A DNA stretch of 64,000 nt from Octopus sinensis (lineage: Eukaryota). Both the position numbers and the translations under genes were made by a program. The notes beneath the pieces are model-generated. The model did not search any database. It saw nothing but the letters and a program-made list of their open reading frames with translations, and had not been told where the DNA came from. Position 1 is the stretch's first letter; each line of letters starts with the position of its first letter. Shown here piece by piece: positions 13,249 through 26,059 of this stretch. Location: assembly GCF_006345805.1 (NCBI RefSeq), contig NC_042997.1, positions 28,458,001 through 28,522,000 on the forward strand. The letters are read 5' to 3'.

Positions 13249-14601
13249 CTATATACACACACAAACTCACAAACACACACATACACAGACTTATATATAC
13301 ATATAAATAAATAAATAAATATATACGTTTGTATGTATATGAGTATATATATGTGTGTGTGGTGTGTGTGTGTTTGTGTGCGTGTATAGGTAGGAGGTTA
13401 AAATAGCCACCTTTGGTATGATTCTGGCTCAATAATCTACTATAATTATTTGGAATCATTAATTAAAAACACTTCAAAACAGACTGTTATTTAAAAAGTG
13501 AAAGGGTGTTATTCTTCAGTGTATAATATCCAGAAGCTATTTATTTAAGATTAACATTTATCATTGTGTAAATATTTGTTTCAATTAAAAATTAGTTAAA
13601 GACGAATTCAATCATTGCGAATATGAATTGAATAGTTATTCTCTGTTGTAATATTGGCTTACATATTTCACAAAGTTGGCCTCTGGCTACTAAAAGATTA
13701 GCTTCTTTATAATTTTAACCATGCAGATTCCTCCCTTTTCACACTTTTAATTTTTAAATATCTTAGCAAAGTATTTAAACTCACAGTAGCCTCGCGGGGT
13801 GTATTTTAATTGAAGGGTTCTGGGAAAGGAAAGAAATTGTGAAAGAAAATATTGGTATCAGAAATCATAAATCTAACTTCAAAGCTTACCACGAATCGAT
13901 ATGAAGGCATACTAAATTATGCATATACACAAAAACATACATACGCATTCGAACACAAACACACATATACACAAAAAAGAAAATTTATATGAATATTAGC
14001 ACCATTTCATCATATAGTTTAGGTAGTTTCCATTTATAAAATATATTTGAAATCACTTACATGTATTTGCCACTTTTATTACACATCGCCTGAAGTATAG
14101 AGGGGTGAAGAAGTTACTATTGCTTTTATATGGCCTTTGCAATAGTTTAGCAGATTTAGTGATTAGAGGAGTACTACATCTTTGCAAAATATCTGGGCGA
14201 CATTCAATATATATACATCCGAGAATAGAGGAATAATTGGAAATATTGCAATGGTACCTTAATACGGTTTTAGAAAGGAGAAAACGCAAAGAGTAAAAGA
14301 GATTATTTTGGATATTACATATAGTGTGTTTAACTGAAATTTAGAAAAATATATGTTGAATACATTGCATGAGTAACCAAGTTTTATAATCTATCAGTAC
14401 GTACATAAAAATAACGTGACTCACATAGAATGAATTTGATATAAATTCAGGCAGAAATATTGACAGCTAAGCTTGTTATTGTGACAAATTTAACATTTCG
14501 AGATGATCCTACTTTTAGAATTTAGAATATGATTAAAAAAATAGGGAATTTTTTTATACAACTGCATTTATACACATCCATTCTCACACACACGCATGCA
14601 A

Positions 14602-14940
14602 GGAGTATGGCTCTGTGGATAGAGCGTCGGGTTTACAATCATGAAGTAGTGAGTTCGATTCCCGGAGCGAGTTGTATGTTGTGTTCTTGAGCAAGAACCT
14701 TTATTTCATGTTGCTCCAGTTCACTCAGGTTTAGAAATTGGTTGAAACGTCAAACGCCCCAAGCTGTATCGGCTTTTACTTTTCCCTCGGATAGTATCGG
14801 TGAGGCGGAGCGGCAAGGTTGGTATGCATGGGCGTCTGCCGGGTTCCATAAACAGGCTTCCCCGGATTTGTGCCTCGGTGGGTAACTTTCTAGGTGCAAT
14901 CATATGGTTACTCATGAGCGAAGATGGTCTTTACTCTTTT
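14602..14940 (+). mobile_element. tRNA-derived SINE (second family)
   Basis: tRNA-like head with A box TGGCTCTGTGG and B box GAGTTCGATTCC, followed by GTGTTCTTGAGCAAG..GTTGCTCCAGTTCACTCAG central domain. Confidence 0.75.
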
Positions 14941-15227
14941 ACACTTTATACATATATGATGGAAAGCAGTCACTGGTGAAATTTTCTTCCTAGATTTACA
15001 TTAAAACTAATTACTTCCATATACTTCATGTTTAACAATCAATATTTGGTTGGGATTTTGCATTTTTGTACAAAATATATTCTGATAAAAGGACTTCCTT
15101 TCTTACTGTCTCTCTCCCTATCTCTCTGCATCTATCTATCTATCTATCTATCTATCCATCCACGTGTCTACCTCATTATCTCCCTATTGCCATCCCTACC
15201 CTTGTCACTGTACACACACACACACTC

Positions 15228-15261
<34 letters not shown>

Positions 15262-15494
15262 GGAGAGTTTACGAAAAAAACAAAAGACGAAGACAGGTGG
15301 TGTACAAAACAAACAGATGTATTAGTATGACGCTCAGGAATATATATATATATAACAAAAGAGAAGGGGGGCTTTTCGACGCAGGAAAAAATATAGGTAA
15401 ATGTGTTTTAGAAAATGCACCTAAATTTCAAAAACTCTTAATTGTTTAAACTACATTAATTTACATATATATCAAATTAGTTTGAACAATATTT

Positions 15495-18100
15495 TTGGGC
15501 TTATCAATGATAAAAATTTAAAATTATGAATTAGAAAAACACCTTTAAAAGTTTCAATATTGACAAATTTATATGTTTTAATGTTGGCAAATTAACATGC
15601 TTAAAACATAAATTTAGCATTATGAATGAGGAGCACAGGTGCATGTTTGAATGTTCATAGCAGTCAATAATATGAAAACTGCATATCAGTTTGTTTTAAT
15701 GTACAAAGTTCATTAATGTTAGTGGTGATCGACAAGTCATACTGAGTTAAGTGAGGAAAAGAACAAGTGAGAAATGAAAAAAAAATAAGAAGAAATTTCG
15801 TTTATAGTTTCCCTGATCGTCTTTCCGTAGATGTTTTCGCTACTAGTGTTATGGTATAGGAATTGATTTATTTATAATATTTTTTTCCGCAAATGAATCT
15901 GATGTTTGATTCGTTAAAATATCGGTGACGTTTTGTTCATGGTCAAGCTTGTCGTTCTGCTTGGTTGGTTTCACTGGGGAGACGGTAATCAGTCGTTCCG
16001 GTTGGTTGGTTCACATAAAGGGTAATTTCGTTGTATTTGCTGAAGTTCGGTTTTGATTGGTCTGGATTTAGGTGACTCAGCAACTGGTGTTTGTAAAATT
16101 TCTTTGGACTAGAGGTAGGTGTCGTCGGCAACTGATGTTTGTATGGTGATTAGGAGTTGCGGAATGGGAATCCGGGTGGAAGATTGTTACCAAAGTTGTT
16201 TTTTTAATGTTTGTTCCTGGTTGCTTCTTTGTGGAGAAATTGAGTTTTTCTTTTAGTTTTACTGCTTTTTCTTCTTTCTAAAGGATATCAAGCTGTGGCT
16301 TATATTTATTTTTTAATCAGTATATTTATCTCATTTAAACCGAATTGCGTTGAGGTTTTTCCAGGGCATTGAGAGAGAGGGTAGATTTGGTATTTAGGGT
16401 TTATGTCGACGAGATATTGGTCTAGGTGCTTGCTTACGGGAATTTTCCTAGCGTTGGGTTCCCGAATGTGTTGCTTGTGGACCGTAAGTCTGTCCCTTAA
16501 AGTTAAGCTAGTTTGACCTATGTAGTCCCCACCGCACACTCTACATTTGAGAACATAGATTAAGTTCTTCGAAGCACATATGAAATCATATTTTATGGTA
16601 AAAGTTTGACTTGACTTAAATTTGTATGTTGAGCTCTCCAAGAGGAAGATGCAAGTTCCGCGGCTAGGGCGTTTACTCTTTTTGACTTGTGGGTTGTATT
16701 TTCGTGGGGTAATTTGGGGCTGGTTAGTAATTTGTTTAGGAATTGCGGTTGTCTCTTGCTTTTAATAATCCTCTGTGTTTTAAGTGCCTTTTTCATTCGC
16801 GGGTCTTTCATAAGGAGGCGTATATTTTGGTGGATGATGTAGGCTTCCATGTTTCTTGGATTACGTGATGATACGTAAGATAGAGTTTTAAGTGTGTCAT
16901 GGCGTTTTCTTGATTTCCGATATCTATTTGGATATCTATCATTTTTGCACGTTCTATTCCATTTTTGATTAGACTGGTGAGATATTTCTATCCAGTAATA
17001 CATTTTTAAGTTCTTGAAGCTGCTTTTCTCGGAATTCGGGATTTGATGCAATCGTGCAAATTGTTCTCGCTAAGTTGAACGGTATGTTTAGTTTAGTATG
17101 TTTGGGATGTCCAGAGGAGAATAGAAGAAATTGTTGAGTCCGTTGGTTTGAAGAACATGTCGGCTTCAATTTCAGCATCTCTCTTTATGATTAACATGTC
17201 CAGGAAGGGCTGTAGTTTGTGGCTGTATTCCATTTTAAACTGGATACTGTGGTTAATACTGTTAATACTGTTTTTTTTTAATTTTGAGAGTTGTTCACAA
17301 GATGAAACAGTCATCCAGGTAGTGTTTCCATTTGGTGAGTAAGTATTGTTGGAATTTGTCTCCAAATTTCAATCTAGCGTGTTCATATATTGAGACTTCC
17401 AAGTATGCCATGACAAGGTTAGCAAAAGTAGGGGCCAACATCGTTCCCATCACCACGCCCGAGTTTTGTATATAAGTGTTTTCGTTTTTAGAAAACACCA
17501 GTTGCTGACGTCACTCAACCCTAGACCAATTGAAACCGAACTTCAGCAAATACAAAGACATTACGCTTTATGTGAACCAACCAAACGGAACGACTGGTTT
17601 CCGTCTCCCCAGTGAATCCAACCAAGCAGAACGACAAGCTTGACCATCAACAAAACGACACAAATATGTTAACGAATCGAAAATAAGATCCACTCGCGGA
17701 AAAAACAAAATAAATACATATGATCCCAAACCATAACACTAGTAGCGAAAACGTCTAGGGAAAGACAATCAGAGAAACTGTAATCGAAATTTCTTTTTTT
17801 TTTAATACTATTTTCATTTCTCCCTTGCTTTTTTCCTCGCTTAACTCAGTATGACTTGTCGATCACGACTAACATTAATGGACTTTGTACATTAAAACAA
17901 ACTGATATACAGTTTTCATATTATTGACTGCTATTAACATTCAAACATGCACCTGTGCTCCTCATTCATAATGCTAAATTTATGTTTTAAACATGTTAAT
18001 TTGCCAACATTGAAACATTTAAATTTGTTAACATTGAAACTTTTAAAGATGTTTTTCTAATTCACAATTTTAGTCTCTTACCACTGATAAACAAAATAAT
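15495..18100 (-). mobile_element. 5'-truncated Penelope-like element with an inverted copy of its 3' region (~600-bp inverted arms)
   Basis: 15495-16090 is the reverse complement of ~17492-18100. The centre encodes PLE RT and GIY-YIG on the minus strand. Confidence 0.9.
16306..17490 (-). pseudogene. PLE reverse transcriptase (C-terminal half) plus GIY-YIG endonuclease, frameshifted
   Basis: YIQNSGVVMGTMLAPTFANLVMAYLE (motif B'), HYLDDCF (YxDD), PFLDMLI..FFKPTD, GHPKHTKLNIPFNLARTICTI (thumb), NLIYVLKCRVCGGDYIGQTSLTLRDRLTVH (GIY-YIG). Confidence 0.93.
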
Positions 18101-18228
18101 GCTGAATCTTGTTTGGTATTTATGTGAATAAATGCATTTTAAACAGTTACTACCTTTTGAAATTCCGATTCAATTCCAACAATATATTTCCCTATATACA
18201 TATATACATGTATATATATATATATATA

Positions 18229-18356
<128 letters not shown>

Positions 18357-18449
18357 CACATGAGAGAAAGACAAAATGGCATTCACGAGATTCTTGATTA
18401 AACCGAACGATCATTTAGGCCCATTTTGCCTCAGTCATTCACAGATGAG

Positions 18450-18860
18450 ATACTGTACATTTGCTTGTGGTACTCCTCTCAATAAACTTGGTTCTGTTAT
18501 ATAAAATATGTCATTATAGCTGCCTGTAGTTGATTGCCTACAAGTTCCTTTGCATCAAATTTGTGGGTGATACAGTTTCCTTTTAAATAGTTGAGTGAGC
18601 ACTAACCTCGAAATTAGAAATCCCAATCAGCTACACTAGACTTGCAGCATACGTATATCTGCTAAAGGATGCTCGTACGCACTTTAACATCAGGTGGACA
18701 TTATTGGAAACTTGTGAACTCTATCGCAATGGAACAATGTGTATGGCAGAAAGATATATAATCTTCATGAAATTACACGAGCCAGGAGGTTACCTTAACT
18801 TAGGGATGGAATCCGTGGGAAGTTGCCCACATTTTTGTCATAATTTTAAGAGTATGTACT
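18450..18860 (+). pseudogene. Decayed GIY-YIG/C-terminal region of a second, unrelated PLE
   Basis: KFVGDT.., TRLAAYVYLLKDARTHFNIRWTLLETCELYRNGTMCMAERYIIF...LNLGMESVGSCPH resembles the PLE pattern L..Y.W.LK....F.I.W.IL....Y....C..E...I....LN...E....C.H. Confidence 0.65.
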
Positions 18861-19055
18861 GCGTTCTTGTGTTTAAAAAAACATTCTTTGCAGAAAACGG
18901 TTATCATTTAGATAAACCGAAGAGATGTCTAATTGACGTTACATATGAAGCCAATTGTTTTTTTTTTTTGTAAACTATTACGTTACACATACAAAAATAT
19001 ACAACTGCTCTACAACTGATTTATGATATTGTAACGAACATATATATATATATAA

Positions 19056-19094
<39 letters not shown>

Positions 19095-19269
19095 TGAGAT
19101 AGGGGTTGTAAATGCAACCCTCCATGGGATAACATATATCCAAAATACTGCTAGTGAAGTACCCAACAAAGTTAATACATAAATGTTAATGATTGCGATG
19201 CAATCAATTTAGGCAAAATTGCTGAAAATGCACAGAAATTTTAAATGAATTTATTTACATATATAACAA

Positions 19270-20135
19270 AATAGTTATATATATATTTTTTATCAATGGT
19301 AAAACTCTAAAGTTATGAATTAGAAAGACAACTTTAAAAAATTCAATGTTGACAAGTTCATAACAAGTTCATAACAGACAAATTTAGAATTATGTATTAG
19401 AAATTTCGATGTTAACAAGTTTAATTGTTTATAATAGTCAATAATAAAAAAAATTTGCATCTACTTGTTTGAATGTACAGAACACATTAATGTTAGTAGT
19501 GATCGACAAAAATGAATATCATCAAAGTTTCAGTCATACTGAATTAAGAGGGAAACAAAAACAAGGGAGAAATGAAGATAGTAAAACAAGGGATTCGGTT
19601 TACAGTTTCTGCGATCCTGTTTCCGTCGTGTCTAGGAACTTTCGCTTGTAGCGTTGTGTTTTGGAATCCGGGGAATTTATAATTTCTCCAGGGAGCGGAT
19701 CTGATTTGTTATTCGTTAAATTTCTAGTGACATCTTGTTTTTCCAGTGGTCAAGTTTGTCGTTCTGCCTAGTTGGCTTCTCTGTAGGGAACGGCTATCAG
19801 TCGTTCCGGTTGGTTGGTTCTCATAAAGGGTAATTTCGTTGTCTTTGCTGAAGTTCGGTTTTGATTGGTCTAGAGTTAGCTGATGTCATCAACCTGTGTT
19901 TGCAACATTTCATTGGTCTAGAGATAGGTGACGTCGGCAACTTGTTTTTGCATGATCATTTAGAGTTTCGGTTTCGAAAACCCGGATGGAAGAATGTTAC
20001 TAAAATTTCTAAAACTGTTTGTTGTTCCTGGTTGTTTTTTGTGGAGAAATTCATTTTTTTTTATCTTTTTAACTTTAGTGTTTTTTCTTCTCTCTAAACG
20101 ATATTCAGCTGTGGTTTATATTTTTAATGAGTATA
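19270..20135 (-). mobile_element. Older copy of the 3' region of the 15.5-18.1 kb PLE family
   Basis: Colinear diverged match to ~15495-16325, e.g. CAGTCGTTCCGGTTGGTTGGTT..CATAAAGGGTAATTTCGTTGT.TTTGCTGAAGTTCGGTTTTGATTGGTCT. Confidence 0.85.
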
Positions 20136-20244
20136 CATTGCAAGCAGAAACAGGCGCCAGATGGGATACAGTCGGTCCGTATGAAAACGTAGTAATTGAT
20201 TTTGATCAATATTTCTCCATTTCTTTTGTTACATTATATATATG

Positions 20245-20348
<104 letters not shown>

Positions 20349-21807
20349 GGTATGTGTATATTTATATATATATATATGTGTGTGTGTGTGTGCTTATGTG
20401 TATATGTGTGTATATGTATACATGGATAAGTTTTAGTGCCTGCTTACATTTGTGTGAGCTTCTGTTTTAATATATTTTGAAAGATATGTGTATGAATACA
20501 TCGGTAGAGAGACAGGCTAAATAAAATGCATTTTCTATGCTTTCTTTTATGAGTTCAAATCTAATTGAAGCGCTTGTTTTCATTTTTTAAGAGAATGTAC
20601 TAGTTAATCGAATATAGATATTAGATTTCCAAGTAACGAAGATAAATCGATCTTTCTCCACATTTAGAGACCTTAACGTATAATAGATAAAAATATGCGT
20701 TTAGCATTCATTATTACGTATGTCATAATTTATGAGGCTCTGTTAAGTAAACGATGGCAATTACTTGAAACTGTTTTTAACGCCATGGTGCGTTATATAT
20801 CTCCAAATGTATCTAAAGTGTATTCAATTTCATTTATGATAAAATGTTGCTACTAAGCATATTTCCTTTTCTTATTTTATGATGTAGTCTAGTCATATAA
20901 TTTTACAGCACCCATACCAGGGTATGTTCTTCATTTTTTTTAGTCAGGTAATACAAAGCCAATACATTTATTGTTCAGTGTCAATTTTAGAAAATAATAA
21001 ATTGTAAATTGCCCTCGATATCCATTAGCTTGAAGTAGAATTTTTCCAGCATTCGTCGATATATATATGTATACGTGTGTGTGTACGTATATATATATGC
21101 GTACATCACGTCCGCATATATGTGAACATTTGTATATATGTATGCATTTAACAAACACAAACCCACACACACGCACACACGTATACGAACACGCACACAC
21201 GTATACGAACACGCACACACACACACACACATATTAAGTACAATTTGACACGTACTTCAGGCCTTGACACCGAGCTCTTTCAATTATACCGTTACCTTTA
21301 CCTACTAATACTTTAGAGAAAGAGAAATGGTTCGTGAAAAGAATGGTATGTCTACGAGGATCTTACAATTTGTTAAAAATGCTTACTAAAAAAACTTAGT
21401 GGTGGGGATACAAAAATGTAGGTAGTTCTTTAAAAATATAGGAAAGAAAGGTATTACGTAATTAAATCAGTAGAGAGATTGCTAAGCAAAGCAAGATTGA
21501 AGGAGAATAGAGAAAGGAATTTAAATGCGATCTGATTGTTAAAACGAAAAGGCTCTTTCCCTCATACTAATTCCCATTCACACAAACAGTTTTTCAGAAG
21601 TCACTCTTAGAAGATGATGAGTCATCAAATACTGGAATATCATATTAAAATCCCAAACCTAAAAGAAAAAAAAGATCTTAGGTGGCACATGGAATGTGTA
21701 ATAAAGTCTCTCCATACAGCCAGTTCTTGTTTACTAGCCATGACATATGAAAAATATATATTTTATGTGCGTGTACACACACACATACACAGATAAATAT
21801 ATTTACT

Positions 21808-21809
<2 letters not shown>

Positions 21810-21855
<46 letters not shown>

Positions 21856-21860
21856 GCTAG

Positions 21861-21912
<52 letters not shown>

Positions 21913-21915
21913 ATA
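21810..21915. repeat. (TATC)n microsatellite
   Basis: Direct run. Confidence 0.9.
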
Positions 21916-21937
21916 TATATATATATATATATATATC

Positions 21938-21970
<33 letters not shown>

Positions 21971-22064
21971 GTGTATATATATATATGTACATAGATATAT
22001 ACATACATGCACGTTTATCATATACATATATATATTCCTATATATATATATATATATATATAGT

Positions 22065-22278
22065 TAATCTAAACAAGAAAACACAAAAAAACACAACAAC
22101 GCGAGGACGTGGAACAAATAGAGTATTATTGGGCGCTCAGGAAAGAAGGGAAGAAAGAGGGTTTAACGTTTCGAGCGGAGCTCTTCGTCGGAAACATAGG
22201 AGAAGGAAAGATCACGAGAAGGGAAGACAGAGGGAAAAAAATCGACAACGGTACACACGAGGTCACATTTTGAAAGAC

Positions 22279-22290
<12 letters not shown>
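22065..22290 (-). mobile_element. PLE-type 3' repeat fragment containing a very small hammerhead motif (22161-22195)
   Basis: Minus strand reads GTTT CCGACGA A GAGC tcc GCTC GAAACGTT AAAC. A homologue lies at 40481-40610 and related fragments at 15261-15390 and 47700-47945. Confidence 0.6.
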
Positions 22291-22329
<39 letters not shown>

Positions 22330-22584
22330 GACGTACGTAGATGCATACGTACACATATACACATACACACACACAGGCACTCACATATACACACACACAC
22401 ATCTATCTATATATATATATACATATGTAAAATAGCTGAAATACACGTCGTTGACTGTGTTCAAGACTCGCCTCAAGGATTTAGCAAAAACATTGCAAGC
22501 AATTAATTTCAATTTATTGTCAATCTTTTAGAAAAACACTCAGCGAAATTTCAGATTAAAAATACGTTGTAGAACTTCTTCTTC

Positions 22585-22790
22585 TATATAATAGCACAAT
22601 TTCCCATTTACGTATCCAAATCTTAAACAGATGCAATTTCAATTCTGCAAAATAGGTGCCAAAATGTCCAAGTCTCTTTAATACTCCCATGTCTGTGTAA
22701 ACGTGATTTTTACTGTAAGCTAAAACCATAATTACAATGGCAAAAACCAAATACCAATATTATATATTAATCCTCCTCCCTCACCTTAGA
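22585..22790. repeat. Dispersed repeat, copy 1 (homologue at ~25208-25392)
   Basis: AAACAGATGCAATT..TCTGCAAAATAG..CCAAGTCTCT.TAATACTCC..CCAATATTATAT is shared between the two sites; family unknown. Confidence 0.7.
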
Positions 22791-25392
22791 ATCCCAAACC
22801 TAAACCTAATTTTAAATCTTAGATTTTACCCTAAATGCTAGGGCTATATTTTGTGTAGAATCACAGCCTCCTATGCTGGAAGTATATATTTCTAGAAAAA
22901 ATAACTTGCAAATGAAAACATTCAGCGCAAAGCACTTTAAAACTATATGTGCAAAGAAAAGGATAAACAATTGTAATTTTGAAAAAATGTAATTGCTGAT
23001 TGTAATCTCTGGCGCTGAAAACATGTCTTGGAAGTAATATCTGAAAAAACAACACCATAAAACTTAGGAGGCATTCCTATTCAAAACTTCAGCAACCTAA
23101 AATTTGTATAACTTCACCTTCCACAGTTTCTTACATTCTAATTCCGCCGATTGTAAGCCCGTGGATTAGTACAAAGTTGAGAAAGATATCAACCGATCTG
23201 CCTGCAACAACAACGCCGAGCCTTTGGCCAAGGTCATACTTCAGACTAGAGAGTGGCTACTTTAAGGAAACTGTTATTTCCTAGCCAAAAAGTATGCTTT
23301 GATGTCTTTGAAAGACATTTTGGCATTTTAATAGAATATTGTGCTTTAGTTTCCTTTTATTCAAAATGCTAAATTCAGTCCGAATATCCTCTATTCATTC
23401 AATACAAATATAATTAAACTGTTAATCTCGAAACAAATGAGTCAAGAATATTCTATATATATTCACCATCTTTGAGCCATTTTTATTCTAATCTGCTGAA
23501 TCTGTATGTGAAATATATCATCATTAGAAGGTTGTAATTTAACAAATTAGATGTGATGAATGCTGAGAGTTCTACTTTTTTTTGAAAACATCTTAATGAA
23601 TAGTTACATTTGATTAGATAATATTCAAACATATGACTCAATTACATATATATATGACTGTAATATATGTTTAAAGCTTTGGTACCATCCGTTATCAATA
23701 CATTATATTGACGCTGAGAAAGTGCAGAAATACATTCGGACCATGCATTTCGACATATCACACACACACACACATCTTTATTATAATGCAAAAGCGTCGT
23801 AATGCCAAAGCATTGCTCCTTCAGAAAACGAAAAGATAATTTCACCATCATATAGGAAAACCGTTGTACTATACGTGATCAATTTCCGATATCATAGCAA
23901 CTAAAGCAGCTGGAGATACGATAGTTTGACCAAAAGAACCTGCTATTGCAAGTAAGAATGAATATTGAAAAAAAAAAACCACATTTGGACATACGTCAGT
24001 TTAACATAATAGCAACGATATATGCATGTGTGCGTGTTTATGTGTGTGTGGTTGTGTTGAGTGCGCGCGTGTGTGTGTATAGTCATTTATTGATTCATAT
24101 TTTAGTTGACCTATTCCAGAATATAATGGGCCAGGATACTCTAAAAAGATACAATGAAGACATCGTCTAATGAATGCGTGTATTCTCTTCTACAGAGTAC
24201 AGCATTCCATTAATTAAAATATTTACACCCAGATCAATTATCAACTTGTTTTTGGGAGAAACCATGCAGTTCAAAGCGTTTGTGAATGAGAGTTATTTCT
24301 ATAAGAATATTTTAACCGACTCATTTTTCTCACATCGCAATTCATTTCTTTGATACATAGAAAACAAATGCATGTCATCGTTTCCTTATCAGCAAGAGTT
24401 ATATATATAATCCTGGACGTATACAAAGAATGGCTACATATTTCATTCTCCCTCCTATTGAAAGAATATCTTGGAAAAGATCTATAAAGCTTCGTAGCTG
24501 TGGTCTTTCTGAAATTGAAGGTATTTAACCACAGTCATTTAAACAGTCGAAATATCTACCCGTCTTTTATTTGAGCTAATATTGTGTAGTACTATTGTCA
24601 TGATTTCCAATATCGGCTTGCAAAAAGCTTGAATGGAATACAGCTATACATATCACAATGTTGCTCCGGTTGTAGGTATTCTTAATAAGAAAATTTGTTT
24701 ATATATTATTACACTACTGTATATGATTCTCTCCGTGATTTTTCAAACATGAGATGTATGGGGAACAGATCCTTTGATATATCTTTTTAATAAAGAATCA
24801 ATGTTATTGTTGAATCTTTCAGAATCTCTTTCGGACCTCGAGTATTAAAATAACAATGGTATATAATCTTCAGGGTATAAATGCAGTCTTTACAGATTTT
24901 AGATGTGTATCAGACATGTATGCTGTTTGAAGTCAATATTGCATCAAGATAATAATTTTTATTATGCCCACTGGTCAATCGATATGCAAAAGGATTATAA
25001 GAGAATTTGTTATCTGGTCAAATATATGAGGATATTAAATACAATGGTGTTTCATATTGTCCTAAGGATAAATCTGAAATCATTGTAACATATATACAAA
25101 TATGATTTTTTAATGTGTAACAAGAAACGCTTTTTTTAATGTGTAACACCAAAAACTCCTATTTCTTATAATTTTTTCTTGTTCACTAAGAAAAATATTG
25201 AACGTTTTCCAATTTTTAAACCCAAATTTTAAACAGATGCAATTACAGCTCTGCAAAATAGCTGACAAAATTCCAAGTCTCTATAATACTCCAATTTCTG
25301 TTTACACGTGAGGTTTACTCTAACCGAAAACCATACTCGCAATTGCAAACACAAAACGCCAATATTATATGTTAAACACCATCCCTTACCCC

Positions 25393-26031
25393 TGGGATAT
25401 ACGGTGCAGTACAGCAGGATACAGATGAAGTAAATGCCTTTGAGTAGTGGGATGACTTCAGCAGCTGGGGAGCTAACCGGAAGTTGAGGCTGACCGGAAG
25501 AGGAAGGGCGCAGGAGTGACGCGCGCGCAGGCAGGGGAGCATTGGGCCTTTTCGATAGGGGTGGCCGACAGGGCTGGATGTGTGAGAGCTTCGACAAGGT
25601 AAGGGAAAAGCAGCTGTTATTTTTAGTTTCAGGTCGGACCGCGTGGAAGGGTGCGTTACCACCTGAGACGTCTGCATCGACGAAGAGAAGGTAGGTGTCT
25701 TTACTTCATATCTCCCGTATACCCATTTATAGACATAGATTTTGCTATGGAGAAATACATCGAGATTAGCTGTGAGAGTGCGGCAGAGTTCTGCGAAGTC
25801 AACACGGGGGAGGTGAGCTTCCTAATTAAACTAAGTTATGGCTGTAACTACCCAGACAATTTGACCTTAGTAGATTCTACCCCACCAGGTCACTGAGCGG
25901 GGACCACTCAGCCTCATCTCTGCGCGGTAAAAAGCACCACCAGAGCAATGGAGTAGCTCGACCATACCCACTCAGGTCCCTGAGAACAAACATAAGGTGT
26001 AAAGACCAACATGGCGGTGAAAAGACTAACA
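25393..26031. other. GC-rich, CpG-rich insertion with promoter-like motifs (possible retroelement 5' UTR or LTR)
   Basis: Abrupt GC/CpG increase; CCGGAAG at 25477 and 25494, TGACGCGCGCG at 25517, CAACATGGCGG near 26008; a 49-codon ORF at 25747-25896. Confidence 0.4.
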
Positions 26032-26059
26032 TAAGTTTATTATTATTATTATTATTATT

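Noticed and set aside
14602-14670. tRNA gene
   Set aside because: It is the tRNA-derived head of a SINE and no complete cloverleaf is present; the same applies to the other SINE heads and ~62040-62095.
17840-17880. TATGACTTGTCGATCACGACTA resembling stem II of the 8.2-kb hammerhead, in the PLE arm
   Set aside because: Neither core segment is intact, so no hammerhead can be called in the 15.5-18.1 kb PLE.
22790-22835. Telomere-like CCCTAA variants
   Set aside because: Only a few degenerate units inside a dispersed repeat.
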